Source: Eledone cirrhosa (taxonomy: Eukaryota). From it: 64,000 nt of DNA. Both the position numbers and the translations under genes were made by a program. The stretch lies in assembly GCA_964016885.1 (NCBI GenBank), contig OZ024747.1:7936001-8000000 (forward strand), read 5' to 3'. The first letter of the stretch is position 1, and each line of letters starts with the position of its first letter. Positions 11,767 through 26,914 of this stretch are shown in pieces. The notes beneath the pieces were generated by a model, which was not told the origin of the DNA, did not search any database, and saw only the letters and a program-made list of their open reading frames with translations.

Positions 11767-13047
11767 ACCACATAGTTCTCTATAGCCAAGTATCTTTCTT
11801 AACTGGTATATAGACAGATGTATTTCTGAAGTATCTATCATTCATAGGTGTGAAATAAAAGGGAAAACTTGTAAAGGTTAACACTTCAGTCGTTTCCAAG
11901 ATAAAGGCAATCAAAAGCCCTTTCAATATATCTGCCTCACCTCAATCCCACCACACCTCTCTCATTAATCATTATACAACATTAATATGGAACCTTCTAT
12001 GGTGTACCAATGATGTAATAGATTAAAGGAGGATGACTTCTCTCTTTATCACACTCGGTATCAATGAGATGAGAGCAGAAAAACTGCAAATGTTGAAGAC
12101 AAAAGCAGAGCCAGATGCAATGTAAAAAATTTACAGCTGATAGTTTTTAAAACTCATTGATTTCTGGTAAGCTAGGTAGTTCTTTCTTTCTTTCTATCCA
12201 TCTATCTATCTATGAGTTATCCAACCAGGAGAGAACTGGTAGCCACCAATATGTGATATAAATGAGTTATAACAACTGACTTTTACTATAAATTGCTCGG
12301 CTCAGAACACAAAAGAATACAAAAGAACAAACAAAAAGTTCTTAGAATAAGCTTGTTTAGCAGATTTTAGAACAACAACAACAACAAATAAAATAAAATA
12401 AAAAAAACAGTGTCAAAAGCAATAACAAACTGAACCGGGTGGGTGGGGGCTGAGGGGAAGGTTTTTTTTTACTAATTTAGCAGATCAATCAAAAAACAAC
12501 ATGAAAAAAACGCCCCAAATCAACAAAAAAACATAAGAAAAGAAAACCAATAAAAAACAACACAAACTCTAAAAACAAAATAAATGATGAATAGAGTTTG
12601 TGTTAAAAGATTAGTTTTAAAGTTTTAAGAAGATTTGATAATAGTGAATATGCTTGTTGGCCGCCGATACAAATAAATAACAGTCTTGTCAAAATAGACA
12701 TTTAACCTTAAGTATAGAAGACTGAAAAAAGATGAAAATATAAAAATAAATATATATTATAATAAAAAATCACAACAACAAAGATATTTACTTTCCAAGC
12801 ATACTTTCAACTTTTAAAAATGTCTTATCTGAAGAATTTTTAATACTGATATTTTTTTTCTTCTGTTTTTTTTTTAAATTTTTTTTTTTTAGCTACTAAT
12901 CTTTCAACATGCCATCAAGCTGTTACAAATCTTAACCCCCCTCCCTCACTGTCATCTCACTACCTATAGCTATCGATCTATCTATCTGTCTGTCTGTCTG
13001 TCCGCCTGTCCGTCTTTCTATCTATCTATCTATTGCTATCTTATCCC

Positions 13048-13103
<56 letters not shown>

Positions 13104-13550
13104 AACATATCTATCTATCTATTGTTATCTCATCAGTCTATCTGCAACCACCTAGGTACATACATACATACCTACATATCTATTTATTTATTTATCTGCC
13201 AGCTTTCTCACAGATTTACTTATAATTTACTACAACATTTCAGTTCAGCAGAACCTGACTATATACAATCTATACCAGAGATGACCAATAAATTTAACAT
13301 TAGAAAGATAGATGGATGGAGAGGGAGAGAATGGTGGTGGCAGTTGGTGGGCTGTAGCCATTTCCTCTTCTCCATTTTGCCTGGAGGTTATGGAGTGAAC
13401 AGTAAATTATATATTTTTCTTATCTTTTTCTTTATGGCATAGGAAGAAGCACTTGTACAATGAAGGTTTTATAGAAACATGAAGCGGCGGGGGGGGGGGG
13501 ATAGTAGGGGAGATAAGAAAGGTGTGAGATTGCAATGAAGTATAAGAACC

Positions 13551-13585
<35 letters not shown>

Positions 13586-13713
13586 ACATATGCAGGAACA
13601 TGAATGTATATGTATATGTATGTATGTGTGTATATGTGTGTGTGTGTTTATGTATATGTATATCTATCTTTCTATCTCTATATATTATCACCATCATCAC
13701 CGTTTTATGTCTG

Positions 13714-13791
<78 letters not shown>

Positions 13792-14092
13792 TACACACAC
13801 ACACACTCACACATACATACCTATAGAGAGAGAGAGTTAAGAAGTGAAAAATGAGGATTTGATTGAAAATGAAGACAAGTTAGTGCAATAAATTTAGATT
13901 ACATGGATATAGAATGAATAAAGTGCTAGATTGTGACTTTAGCTATGCATGATATAGTCACAATCCCTTTAAAATACAACAACAGCTAAGTTTAAATAGA
14001 AAAAAAAAACATTATTATTTCCCATTATTTTGATAATAAAATACCGCCATGATTCTGTAGAAAATAGCATTTTCCAAAAAGAAATGTGACCT

Positions 14093-14198
<106 letters not shown>

Positions 14199-14910
14199 GG
14201 GTCTGTTTTTGATCAATCACTTTCAAACACTTTAGCTAGATTTTTCTTTCAGAAATGTAAGCCAGATAAAGTATCTATTTATGTTTGGAAAGACAGATCT
14301 CTATGCATTATTCATAAGTTTTCTTACTTTGAAGAGGTAAACTAAAAACATGTGAAAGAGCAAAAGACACAGAATGTTTGAAATAAAGAGAGAATGGGAG
14401 AGAGGGAGGGGGAGGGAGGGGGGAGGAGAAGGTAAGAAAGAGTAAGTAAGAAAGAGTGAGAGAAAGAGAGAGAAAAGATTGAAAGATATATGCTGAAAGT
14501 GAAAAAAACAATATACATACATACATATATATATGTATATATATATATATGTATGTATATGTATGCATATATATATATGTATATATATGTATGTATATGT
14601 ATGCATATATATATGTATATATATATATGTATATGTATGCATATATATATGTATATATAAGTATGTATATGTATGCATATATATATGTATATATATGTAT
14701 GTATATGTATGCATATATATATGTATATATATGTATGTATATGTATGCATATATATATGTATATATATGTATGTATATGTATGCATATATATAAATGCAG
14801 AGAGAGAGAGAGGGGGGATATTGAAATATATATTCTCAAAGTGAAAAAACTATATACATACACATATATATATATATATGTGTATATATATATGTATATA
14901 TATATATATA

Positions 14911-14957
<47 letters not shown>

Positions 14958-15027
14958 TATGTATAGAGAGAGAGAAAAGGAGAGAGAGGGGGGAAATATT
15001 GAAATATATATTCTCAAAATGAAAAAG

Positions 15028-15191
<164 letters not shown>

Positions 15192-15824
15192 AATTAGTTA
15201 AAAGTGACAAAAGAGGAAATCAGAGCACTGAGTCATGGCTTATATTTAAAGTCTACTCAAATATATAATCAGATATCTAACAGAGATAGTTTATTGATAA
15301 AATAGCATCAATAGCATCAATAGCATCAATAGCATCAATAAATGTTTGCTATCATTAATAATGTGTAATTAACACACATTATACTACCTTTCATCCAGTT
15401 ATTGTCTTCACACATCACACATTACATTTTTTTCTCTCTTCTTCCATTCTATATCCCTCAGTCACTCAGTCAGTCACTAACTGTTTATTAGATTTACATA
15501 TGACACAAGTGTAAATCGCCAGAGATATTAAACACCATATATACAGACACACCTAATTATACATGCCAACTCAATTAGCTAAAGAATGGCTTAGATTAAT
15601 AAGTGGAACTTCCCCTTCAATTATGAAGCCATAATTCCTATAATTGTTTGCTTATCTCTCTATCTCTCATACCAGAAAACTTCCTTTTTTTAAAAAATAT
15701 TTTGTAATAAGTTTTTTATTCCTCTTTTTTTTTTTAGTTTTCAGGAATGATATATATATATAATTATATATAAATATTTTATATAATTATATATAAATAT
15801 TTTATATATATATATATATATCAT

Positions 15825-16203
15825 CATCATCATCATTTTACGTCCGCTTTTCTCTGCTTGCAAGGGTGGGACGGGAACTGATTCTGGCTTGATTTCTACA
15901 GCTGGATGCCCTTCCTAACACCAACCTCATTTACAGTGAGTGCTGGGTGCTTTTTTTCCGTGGCGCCTCCACGTCCACTTTACAGTGTGGGCTGGGTGCT
16001 TTTATGCCATGGCACCTCCCCGACCACTTTACAGTGGAATGATAGGGACCGTAGTCCCTATCATCTCATTTCTACAGCTGAGTAAACTGGAGCAATGTGA
16101 AATAAAGTGTCTTGCTCAAGGAAACACATCACCCGGTCTGAGAATTGAACTCACAACCTTTCGATTGCAAGGCCAATGCTCTAACCACTAAGCCATGTGC
16201 CTC
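15825..16203 (-). mobile_element. tRNA-derived CORE-like SINE, family B, with RTE-type 3' tail
   Basis: A-box TGGCTTAGTGG, B-box GAGTTCAATTC, CORE-like CTTGAGCAAGACACTTTATTTCAC, and 3' GGTTGGTGTTAGGAAGGGCATCCAGCTG...GGACGTAAAA(TGA)n. Confidence 0.85.
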
Positions 16204-16227
16204 TCTCTATATATATAATTATATATA

Positions 16228-16690
16228 TATCATCATCATCATCATCATCATCATTTTACGTCCGCTTTTCCCTGTTTGCAAGGGTGGGATGGGTCTTATT
16301 CAGCACAGCATCTCTCCACTTGTCACGGTCCTTCGTCCTCTCCACCGTGAGCTTCAGCGATCTGAGGTCTGCTCCGCCCATGTTTTTCGTGGTCTACCTC
16401 TACCACGTCTCCCTTCAACTGGCATTTCTTGGCACTTCTTCACCCAGCGGTCATCCTCCATGTGCATCACATGGCCATACCACCGCAGTCTCCTCTCTCG
16501 CACACTACATTCTATCCCTCTCAGACACACTTTCTCTCTCAACACATCCATGCTGGGTCGTTCACGCACATTGACATTGCACATCCAACGGAGCATGCTT
16601 GCCTCATTTCTCTCCAGCCACCGCATATCCTCTGCAGTTGCTGCCCATGTCTCACTACCATGCAGCATCGCGCTCCTCACACAGGCATCA
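16228..16690 (-). mobile_element. RTE-clade LINE 3' fragment
   Basis: YDACVRSAMLHGSETWA...MLRWMC...RRLRWYGHV..M...GRGRPRKTW is the RTE ORF C-terminus. Ends in GGACGTAAAA(TGA)n. Confidence 0.9.
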
Positions 16691-17396
16691 TAATTTATAT
16701 AATTATATATAAATATTTTATATATATTTATATATATATATATATAATTATATATATATATATAGTGTCCTTGAAATATGTACAATGAAATAAATATGGT
16801 TTTATAAATATAGTTTCCATTTGTTAATATCGTATATATATATATATATTATACATATATATATATATATATATGAAATTTCGTTTCATTTTTTCCATAT
16901 ATATATATATAATTATACATATATGTATATATAATTATATATATATATGTATAATTATACATATATATATATAATTATATATATATATATATAATTATTA
17001 ATTAATTAATTTATGTCCCTTGTGATTTAAACGCATATATGTATATACTGTGTTTGTCTCTATTTATTATATATATATATATATATATTTTAGACACCAT
17101 CTTGGGAAATGAACCAAGCTACCACTGATTTATATGTTATATGACTACATACAGCTATTCTGTTGTAACATTGCGAAATTGGAACTGTGAGTACACTGAG
17201 GCAACTTTGTTTGGAAGAATTCTTGTAAAAATAAAGTGAAAATTGGCTAATTTTTTGGATAGACTAATGGCTATAATGTTTTGGTGTAATTTTCACATAT
17301 TTGAAAAACATAACTTCACCAATAAAATAATCAATATGCTAAAACAAAATTTATTGCCTTTTCTGCTTTCATTTTTATTATATATATATATTTTAA

Positions 17397-17454
<58 letters not shown>

Positions 17455-17553
17455 GTGTATATATATATAAATATGTATATATATAATTATACATATATAT
17501 ATAATTATATATATATATATTGATAATGATGATATATATATATATGTATATAA

Positions 17554-17584
<31 letters not shown>

Positions 17585-18187
17585 TATATATATATATGCA
17601 TATATATGCATGTAAATATGTATATATGTATATATATGTGTGTGTATATAAATTCCACACCAAATCTATCATATTTATCTTAATATACATATAATCTCTC
17701 TTACATTTTTTGACACCCCTCCCCTCCACACTCTCTCCACACCCTCTCTACTTTGTTCTCCTCCCTCTCTCTCTCTGTCTCTCACTCTTTAGTTTTTTCT
17801 CTCTTTTATAGTATAGCATTCCATTTTCCATTAACTCTTCTTTGTCTTTTCTTTTCTTATTTCTATACATACGCACACATACATTCACAAAAACACACAC
17901 ATACATATTCATTTTCACCCTTCCTACACACACACGCCCACATACATATATATATATAAATATATGTGCATATATATACATACAATCATACATATATATG
18001 TATGTATGAATGTATGTATGTATGTGTATGTATGTATATATATATATACACACACATATATATATATTTAAGTATATATATATATGTAAGTATATATATA
18101 TATATATTTAAGTATATATATATGTAAGTATATATATATATATATATTTAAGTATATATAGATGTAAGTATATATATATATGTAAGT

Positions 18188-18218
<31 letters not shown>

Positions 18219-18260
18219 AAGTATATATATATATATTTAAGTATATATATATATATGTAA

Positions 18261-18305
<45 letters not shown>

Positions 18306-18446
18306 TATTTATATATATATATGTAAGTATATATATATATATATATATATCATCATCATCATCATCACCGTTTTACGTCCGTTCTTCCATGCTAGCATGG
18401 GTTACATATATATAAATATATATATATACATATATATATATATATG

Positions 18447-18483
<37 letters not shown>

Positions 18484-18504
18484 GTTGAATTTTTATTTCC
18501 TTAA

Positions 18505-18706
18505 CCCTTTTGATACCAACCTAGCTAGAACCAGTTCTGGATCTAAGAAACAAAACCACTCATTTTAAAGTGCTCCTATTTAAATTAGTATCTTTCGACA
18601 TAATTTTATATAAGAACCATATATTAAGTTACTATTTAGTAATGAAATAATTAATAATTTTACTAATTGAAATACATATTTCATTAGAAATATGGCCATG
18701 AAAGGG
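18505..18706. mobile_element. piggyBac-like MITE
   Basis: TTAA|CCCTTT....AAAGGG|TTAA termini. Confidence 0.6.
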
Positions 18707-18864
18707 TTAAATTTTATTTCAAATGTTTTTCTGTAGATTTTCATCCACAAATTCTCAATTCTCATGTGTCTTCTTTCTGTAATACATTATTTTATCATTA
18801 CTGTGAATATCTAGTTTAGAATTGGTACACAGTATCCCTGAGCTCAATCTCAAAATACTCGTCT

Positions 18865-18930
18865 TGAAGAGTTGTAGTGCACCTGAGCACTGTACACAAT
18901 AATTTCATTATTTTTATTATAATTATTATT
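18865..18930 (+). mobile_element. CR1-like LINE extreme 3' end
   Basis: gagttgtagtgcacctgagcactgtacacaat is identical to the 3' end of the element at 39850-40548. Confidence 0.7.
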
Positions 18931-18931
18931 T

Positions 18932-20099
<1,168 letters not shown>

Positions 20100-20108
20100 G
20101 TATATATA

Positions 20109-20154
<46 letters not shown>

Positions 20155-20172
20155 TTACATATATATATATAA

Positions 20173-20244
<72 letters not shown>

Positions 20245-20246
<2 letters not shown>

Positions 20247-20680
20247 TGTAAACTCTGCTAAGAGTACTGCAATCACTTGTCAGATTACAGAGTTTGGTGC
20301 ACTTTTAGGCTATGGCCAGCCACACAAACCTGTAACATATCCTGAACAAGCAATGCCTGTGCTTTGAAGGGTTTTTAAGTGGGATAAGACCATGCATTCG
20401 TGGAATCCCACTCTCTGAGCATTGAAAACACTACCTGAAAAGGAGAACTGGTCAACATCATTAGGTGCTTCCAAAGCTGCAGGTTTCCCTTTCTTAGAAA
20501 GGTGTGACAACTCCCACGTGAAAAAAAAACAACTGCTATTTGGATGGCCGTTGACTCTGCTGAGTTCCTCTGCCCTTTTCTGGGTCTTGTATTTCATCCC
20601 ATAGGGTGTCCACATATCACCCTTCTCACCAAGCAAGCTTAGTGGGGTTGCCGGTTTATTCACGGACGTTCCGACCATAT
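20245..20680 (-). mobile_element. Repeat, probably the 5' region of an RTE-X-like LINE
   Basis: Shares ggatggcc.ttgactct...gcccttt...ctcaccaag.aa.ctt.gtggggttgcc.gttta with 34030-34172. Family assignment is inferred. Confidence 0.45.
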
Positions 20681-20756
20681 GTATATATATATGTATATAT
20701 CAATCCCGGTTGGAGCTGTATAAATGAGTTGTATTCATTCATTCATCATATATATG

Positions 20757-20804
<48 letters not shown>

Positions 20805-21140
20805 GACAGATAGATAGATAGAGAGAGAGAGAGAACGAGAGAGAGAGGACTTCCACAGGACTAGAACTGTTTTATTTGTATGAAATCATCAGGACATTTC
20901 CAATTTTTATCCATCATTAATAATGTTTAAGACATGAATAAGCTAGAGCTTATAAAACATCTGCATATAAAACATCTGCTGGGGATGGCTATTTGCATAT
21001 AATTCATATTAACTGGCTAGGATTAATTAGCAGTGGCAGTAATACAGTGTGATTCATAACTGAGATGTATATGAAAGCTTGTTTGATATGTTTCTGTATA
21101 ATAAACATATATATGTACGAATGTGAGGAATCTAATTTAA

Positions 21141-21352
21141 CCTTTTAGCATTCAAACCAGCCATATCTGGCCAGAATTCTCTCACCTCTTTCTGTTCAAA
21201 CTGGCTGTAAATGGCTCCTCATACTTATATTAAGGTATTCTTCTCAAAATAAATATCTTCAAAATTTCATAGATTGATATTATGTGAGATAATTATGTGA
21301 AATAAAGTGTTTACCACAATAGTAAATATAGAGTAATGTAAATGCTAAAGGG
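21141..21352. mobile_element. piggyBac-like MITE
   Basis: TTAA TSD, TIRs CCTTTTAGCATT / AATGCTAAAGGG, homologous to 50-264. Confidence 0.8.
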
Positions 21353-21461
21353 TTAAGATGTAATCATGTTTATATGTTTCTGGTCAATCAGTGACTTCTA
21401 GGAAAGTCTGGATGGCAACTGAGGAAGTTTGGTACATCTGGAAAGACAGATAACCTCCTGT

Positions 21462-22557
21462 AAGACTAACGTGGATGTATGAGGCTAGCAACCTTATTCA
21501 CAGCACTCACAAGAAGACATCGACTAAACTATGGAAGACTAACGTGGATGTATGAGACTAGCAACCTTATTCACAGCACTCACAAGAAGACATCGACTAA
21601 ACTATGGAAGACTAATGTGGATGTATGAGGCTAACAACCCTATTCCCAGCACTCACAAGAAGACATCGACTAAACTATGGAAGACTAACGTGGATGTATG
21701 AGACTAGCAACCTTATTCCCAGCACTCACAAGAAGACATCAACTAAACTATGGAAGATTAACATGGATGTACGAGGCTAGCAACCTTATTCACAGCACTC
21801 ACAAGAAGACATCGACTAAACTATGGAAGACTAACATGGATGTATGAGACTAGCAACCTTATTCCCAGCACTCACAAGAAGACATCAACTAAACTATGGA
21901 AGACTAACGTGGATGTATGAGACTAGCAACCTTATTCCCAGCACTCACAAGAAGACATCAACTAAGCTATGGAAGACTAACATGGATGTATGAGACTAGC
22001 AACCCTATTCCCAGCACTCACAAGAAGACATCAACTAAGCTATGGAAGATTAACATGGATGTATGAGGCTAGCAACCTTATTCACAGCACTCACAAGAAG
22101 ACATCAACTAAACTATGGAAGATTAACATGGATGTATGAGGCTAGCAACCCTATTCACAGCACTCACAAGAAGACATCAACTAAACTATGGAAGATTAAC
22201 ATGGATGTATGAGGCTAGCAACCCTATTCACAGCACTCACAAGAAGACATCAACTAAACTATGGAAGATTAACATGGATGTATGAGGCTAGCAACCCTAT
22301 TCACAGCACTCACAAGAAGACATCAACTAAACTATGGAAGATTAACATGGATGTATGAGGCTAGCAACCCTATTCACAGCACTCACAAGAAGACATCAAC
22401 TAAACTATGGAAGACTAACGTGGATGTATGAGGCTAGCAACCTTATTCACAGCACTCACAAGAAGACATCAACTAAACTATGGAAGATTAACATGGATGT
22501 ATGAGGCTAGCAACCTTATTCACAGCACTCACAAGAAGACATCAACTAAGCTATGGA
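21462..22557. repeat. 73-bp minisatellite, about 15 copies
   Basis: Unit aagactaacgtggatgtatgaggctagcaaccttattcacagcactcacaagaagacatc(g/a)actaaactatgg. Confidence 0.95.
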
Positions 22558-22811
22558 AATCAATAGCAGGCAATACCCTCAGAGACTTGAAAAGGTGTCG
22601 TGAAGGAGGATGAGAGACTCTAAATGACAGATACAGCAATAACAATGAGGAAGGAATTATGGACACAGAGCTGGCTCACTGAAACATCAACTAGGGAGGT
22701 ATTGGATCTTAATGTGTCACAGTGGAAAAATCTGTATGAACACAAAAAACTTTAAAGTACATCAAGCCTGGATCAAACATAGAAATGGGGAGTCATGGGT
22801 ATAGCACACAG

Positions 22812-23083
22812 CAGGGGCCTTGTTTGCCTTAAAAATGTGAGGGGGACAAACCAACATTTGTTGATTCTTAAAGGAGCATAAATTACTTATGGTCCCTTTC
22901 CCGGACCCTATCACATAAGTAACATTTTACACTAATTAAATTTTATATATTCAAATGAAGTTCAGATATAAAAAAATAAGCTTAAAAAGAATTTATTATA
23001 TCAAATAAACAAAAAATAAAATATAGACATTTGAAAAAGTGGGGGGACTTGCCCCCTGGTACCCCACTGAAACAAGGCCCTTG
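22812..23083. mobile_element. hAT-type MITE
   Basis: TIRs CAGGGGCCTTGTTT / AAACAAGGCCCTTG (13 of 14 match) and a perfect 8-bp TSD GCACACAG at 22804-22811 and 23084-23091. Confidence 0.85.
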
Positions 23084-23505
23084 GCACACAGTATTCACAA
23101 TTAGTGAGACATAGGAGAACTCCAGGCAAGAAGCATTCCACAGAGCTGGAGATATCTCAGTACCCATGTCCCCTCAAATCTCGTCTATTTTCCATGCTTA
23201 CATGGGTTTGAAAGGCTTTCACCTTATGAGGCTAGACAGATCAAATGACCACGTCTTTGTCATACAATGTCAAGAGATGTCTTGAATAATCACCCCCTGT
23301 GCTTATTAAATTTTACCAATCTATCTCTGGCAAAATTATATGTCAAGTGGTAGCATTCCTGCAACAATTAACTTTCTTTATGCATTAAAAAACATTATAC
23401 ATGACAAAAAAAAAGAACATTTCAAGAAATCCCATGAAATAAAATAGGCTGTGTTCAGGTCTCATGTAAACTAAACGTCTAAGTCTTGTTTTCTTTTAAA
23501 AATCA

Positions 23506-24137
23506 ATGATCACCTAGGTAGCAGAAGCTATCAACCATTTCTATGATCACCCAGGTCACAGAATATATTAACCACTTCTATAATCACCTAGGTAGCAGAA
23601 GCTATCAACCACTTCTATGATCACCTAGGTAACAGAAGCTATCAACCAATTCTATCATCACCTAGGTAACAGAAGCTATCAACCACTTCTATGATCACCC
23701 AGGTAACAGAAGCTATCAACCACTTCTATGATCACCCAGGTAACAGAAGCTATCAACCAATTCTATCATCACCTAGGTAACAGAAGCTATCAACCACTTC
23801 TATGATCACCCAGGTAACAGAAGCTATCAACCACTTCTATCATCATCTAGGTAACAGAAGCTATCAACCACTTCTATCATCACCTAGGTAACAGAAGCTA
23901 TCAACCACTTCTATCATCACCTAGGTAACAGAAGCTATCAACCACTTCTATCATCACCCAGGTAACAGAAGCTATCAACCACTTCTATGATCACCCAGGT
24001 AACAGAAGCTATCAACCACTTCTATGATCACCTAGGTAACAGAAGCAATCAACCACTTCTATGATCACCTAAGTAGCGGAAGCTATCAACCACTTCTATT
24101 ATCACCTAAGTAGCGGAAGCTATCAACCACTTCTATG
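23506..24137. repeat. 37-bp minisatellite, about 17 copies
   Basis: Unit atgatcacctaggtaacagaagctatcaaccacttct. Confidence 0.95.
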
Positions 24138-24783
24138 GTATCTTTCTGAGATTGGAAAAAGGTTATTTTACTAATGCTCTTACTACCAACTCTCTCGGTA
24201 TATCTGTTAGTCTGTTCGCTATCCCACTACATCTTTTGTGTACACCATATAAAGTTTCTACCTATTCCTTTTCTACATATCAAGCAAGGCCACTTCCCCA
24301 ATGGGATTAGGGTCCTGTCATCTTTCACATTTTCTTAAACTTTTTGCCTAATTTACTCTAAGCCCTTTTGATTCTAAGTTCTGTTCCCACAACGAGAAAT
24401 AAACAGACACACATACACACACACACTTACAGACACACATGCACCTACAAAAACAGACACACACAAACCTACAAACACAGACACACATATATATATAGTA
24501 TAATACTGAAGAATGTTATATTATAGATATAAAGAGGTGTATAGAGCGATAAGACTGTCATGGAAGCCATGAAAATAAAATGTTCACTGTGAAAGTCAGT
24601 TAGCTTACTAAGTAGAAATTTAGTTTGCCAGAATTTTCTCCTTTTAGCTTTGAAAAGAAAGTTTTTATGGCATAGCATCAGAGAAAGTAAATGTCTGGAT
24701 AAATTTTGATTGAAATGTACTGCCATTGAGAAGAATTTACTAAGGCATACATATACACATATGTATATACACACACATATATG

Positions 24784-24820
<37 letters not shown>

Positions 24821-24865
24821 GTATGTGTATGTTTGCAGACACACATACACACACATGCATACACA

Positions 24866-24926
<61 letters not shown>

Positions 24927-25159
24927 TTACATATATGTGAATAGCTGTTAGCTTTCTCACCTCTATTCATTCACTTTGTCACGAATACACCTATATATAT
25001 ATGTATATACATATATATACAGACATACATGTATATATATATATATACATACATATATATATGTGTATATATATATATGTGTATATATATATATATATAC
25101 ATATATACATATATATATGTGTATACATATATATATGTGTATATATATATATATATGTG

Positions 25160-25256
<97 letters not shown>

Positions 25257-26914
25257 ATATATATATGTGTGTGTGTATATATATATATATATATGTGTAT
25301 ATATATATGTGTGTGTGTGTGTGTGCATAAATGACTCTGGGAGGTGTATGCAAGTGTGTTTATACAAGTGTGTGTGTGTGTCTATGTGTCTCTATGTCTA
25401 TATATATGTCTATATATGTCTATATATATATGTGTATATGTGTCTATATGTGTCTATATGTGTCTATATGTGTATATGTGTCTATATGTGTATATATATC
25501 TCTATATATATATATGCCTATATGTGTATATGTGTCTATATGTCTATATATGTCTATATATGTCTATATATATATGTGTATATGTGTCTATATGTGTCTA
25601 TATGTGTATATGTGTCTATATGTGTATATATATCTCTACATATATATATGCCTATATGTGTATATGTGTCTATATGTCTATATATGTCTATATATGTCTA
25701 TATATATATATGTGTATATGTGTCTATATGTGTCTATATGTGTATATGTGTCTATATGTGTATATATATCTCTATATATATATATATGCCTATATGTGTA
25801 TATGTGTCTATATATGTCTATATATGTCTATATATGTCTATATATGTCTATATATGTGTCTATATATGTGTCTATAAGTGTCTATATGTGTCTATATGTC
25901 TATATATGTATATGCGTCTGTATATGTGTCTGTATATGTGTCTCTATGTTTATGCTTTTGTTGTAAATGTGGATCTGTATGTGGTTTATGTGAATGGTTG
26001 GTGTGTGTTGTGTTGTGTTGTGTATGTGTATTTCCCTTTTGGGCCATCATATACACACATACACACACACACATTCATACACATACACACCACAGATACA
26101 TACACACACACATACACATATACACAAACAGATACACAGATACATACATACAGATACACACACAGATACACCGATGTACACATATACACACTCATACACA
26201 TTCACACACACAGCAGATACATACACACACAGACACACAGACACACACACAGATACATACATACAGATACACACACAGATATACACATACACACACACAC
26301 ACACACCACAGATACATACACAGATATACACACAGATAAACACATATACACCCACAGATACATACACACACACAGATACACACGTACACATGCATACACA
26401 CACACAAATACACAGATACACATGCATACATACACAGATACACACACATACACACATACACGTACACACACACACACATGTACACACTTGTACACAACAC
26501 ACAGATACACACGTACATACACACATAAACACACATACACACGTACACACACGTACACACACAGGTTGAGGGTTGAAATAAAGTGAATTATCCACCATTG
26601 GTCCATAAGTCATGTGTTTCAACCTACAGGACATTTAGTCCGACATTGTTTTAGTTGATCTAACTCTTGAGAATATATCTATATTAAGTTGATCTCAGTA
26701 AAGTTACCTTTGAGTGACTAACGTACTATCCTGAGGGAGAGAGAGAAGGAGAGAGAGAGGTAGAGGGAGAGAGAGAGAACTATACAGTATATTTAGACAA
26801 GCAAAGTGGTCAGGTGCCATACTATCCAGAGAAAGAGAGAGAGAAATATATACAGCTAAGCAAAGTGGTCAGTTGCCTATATGGATAATGTAAAGCCTCT
26901 GAGATGAAATATCA

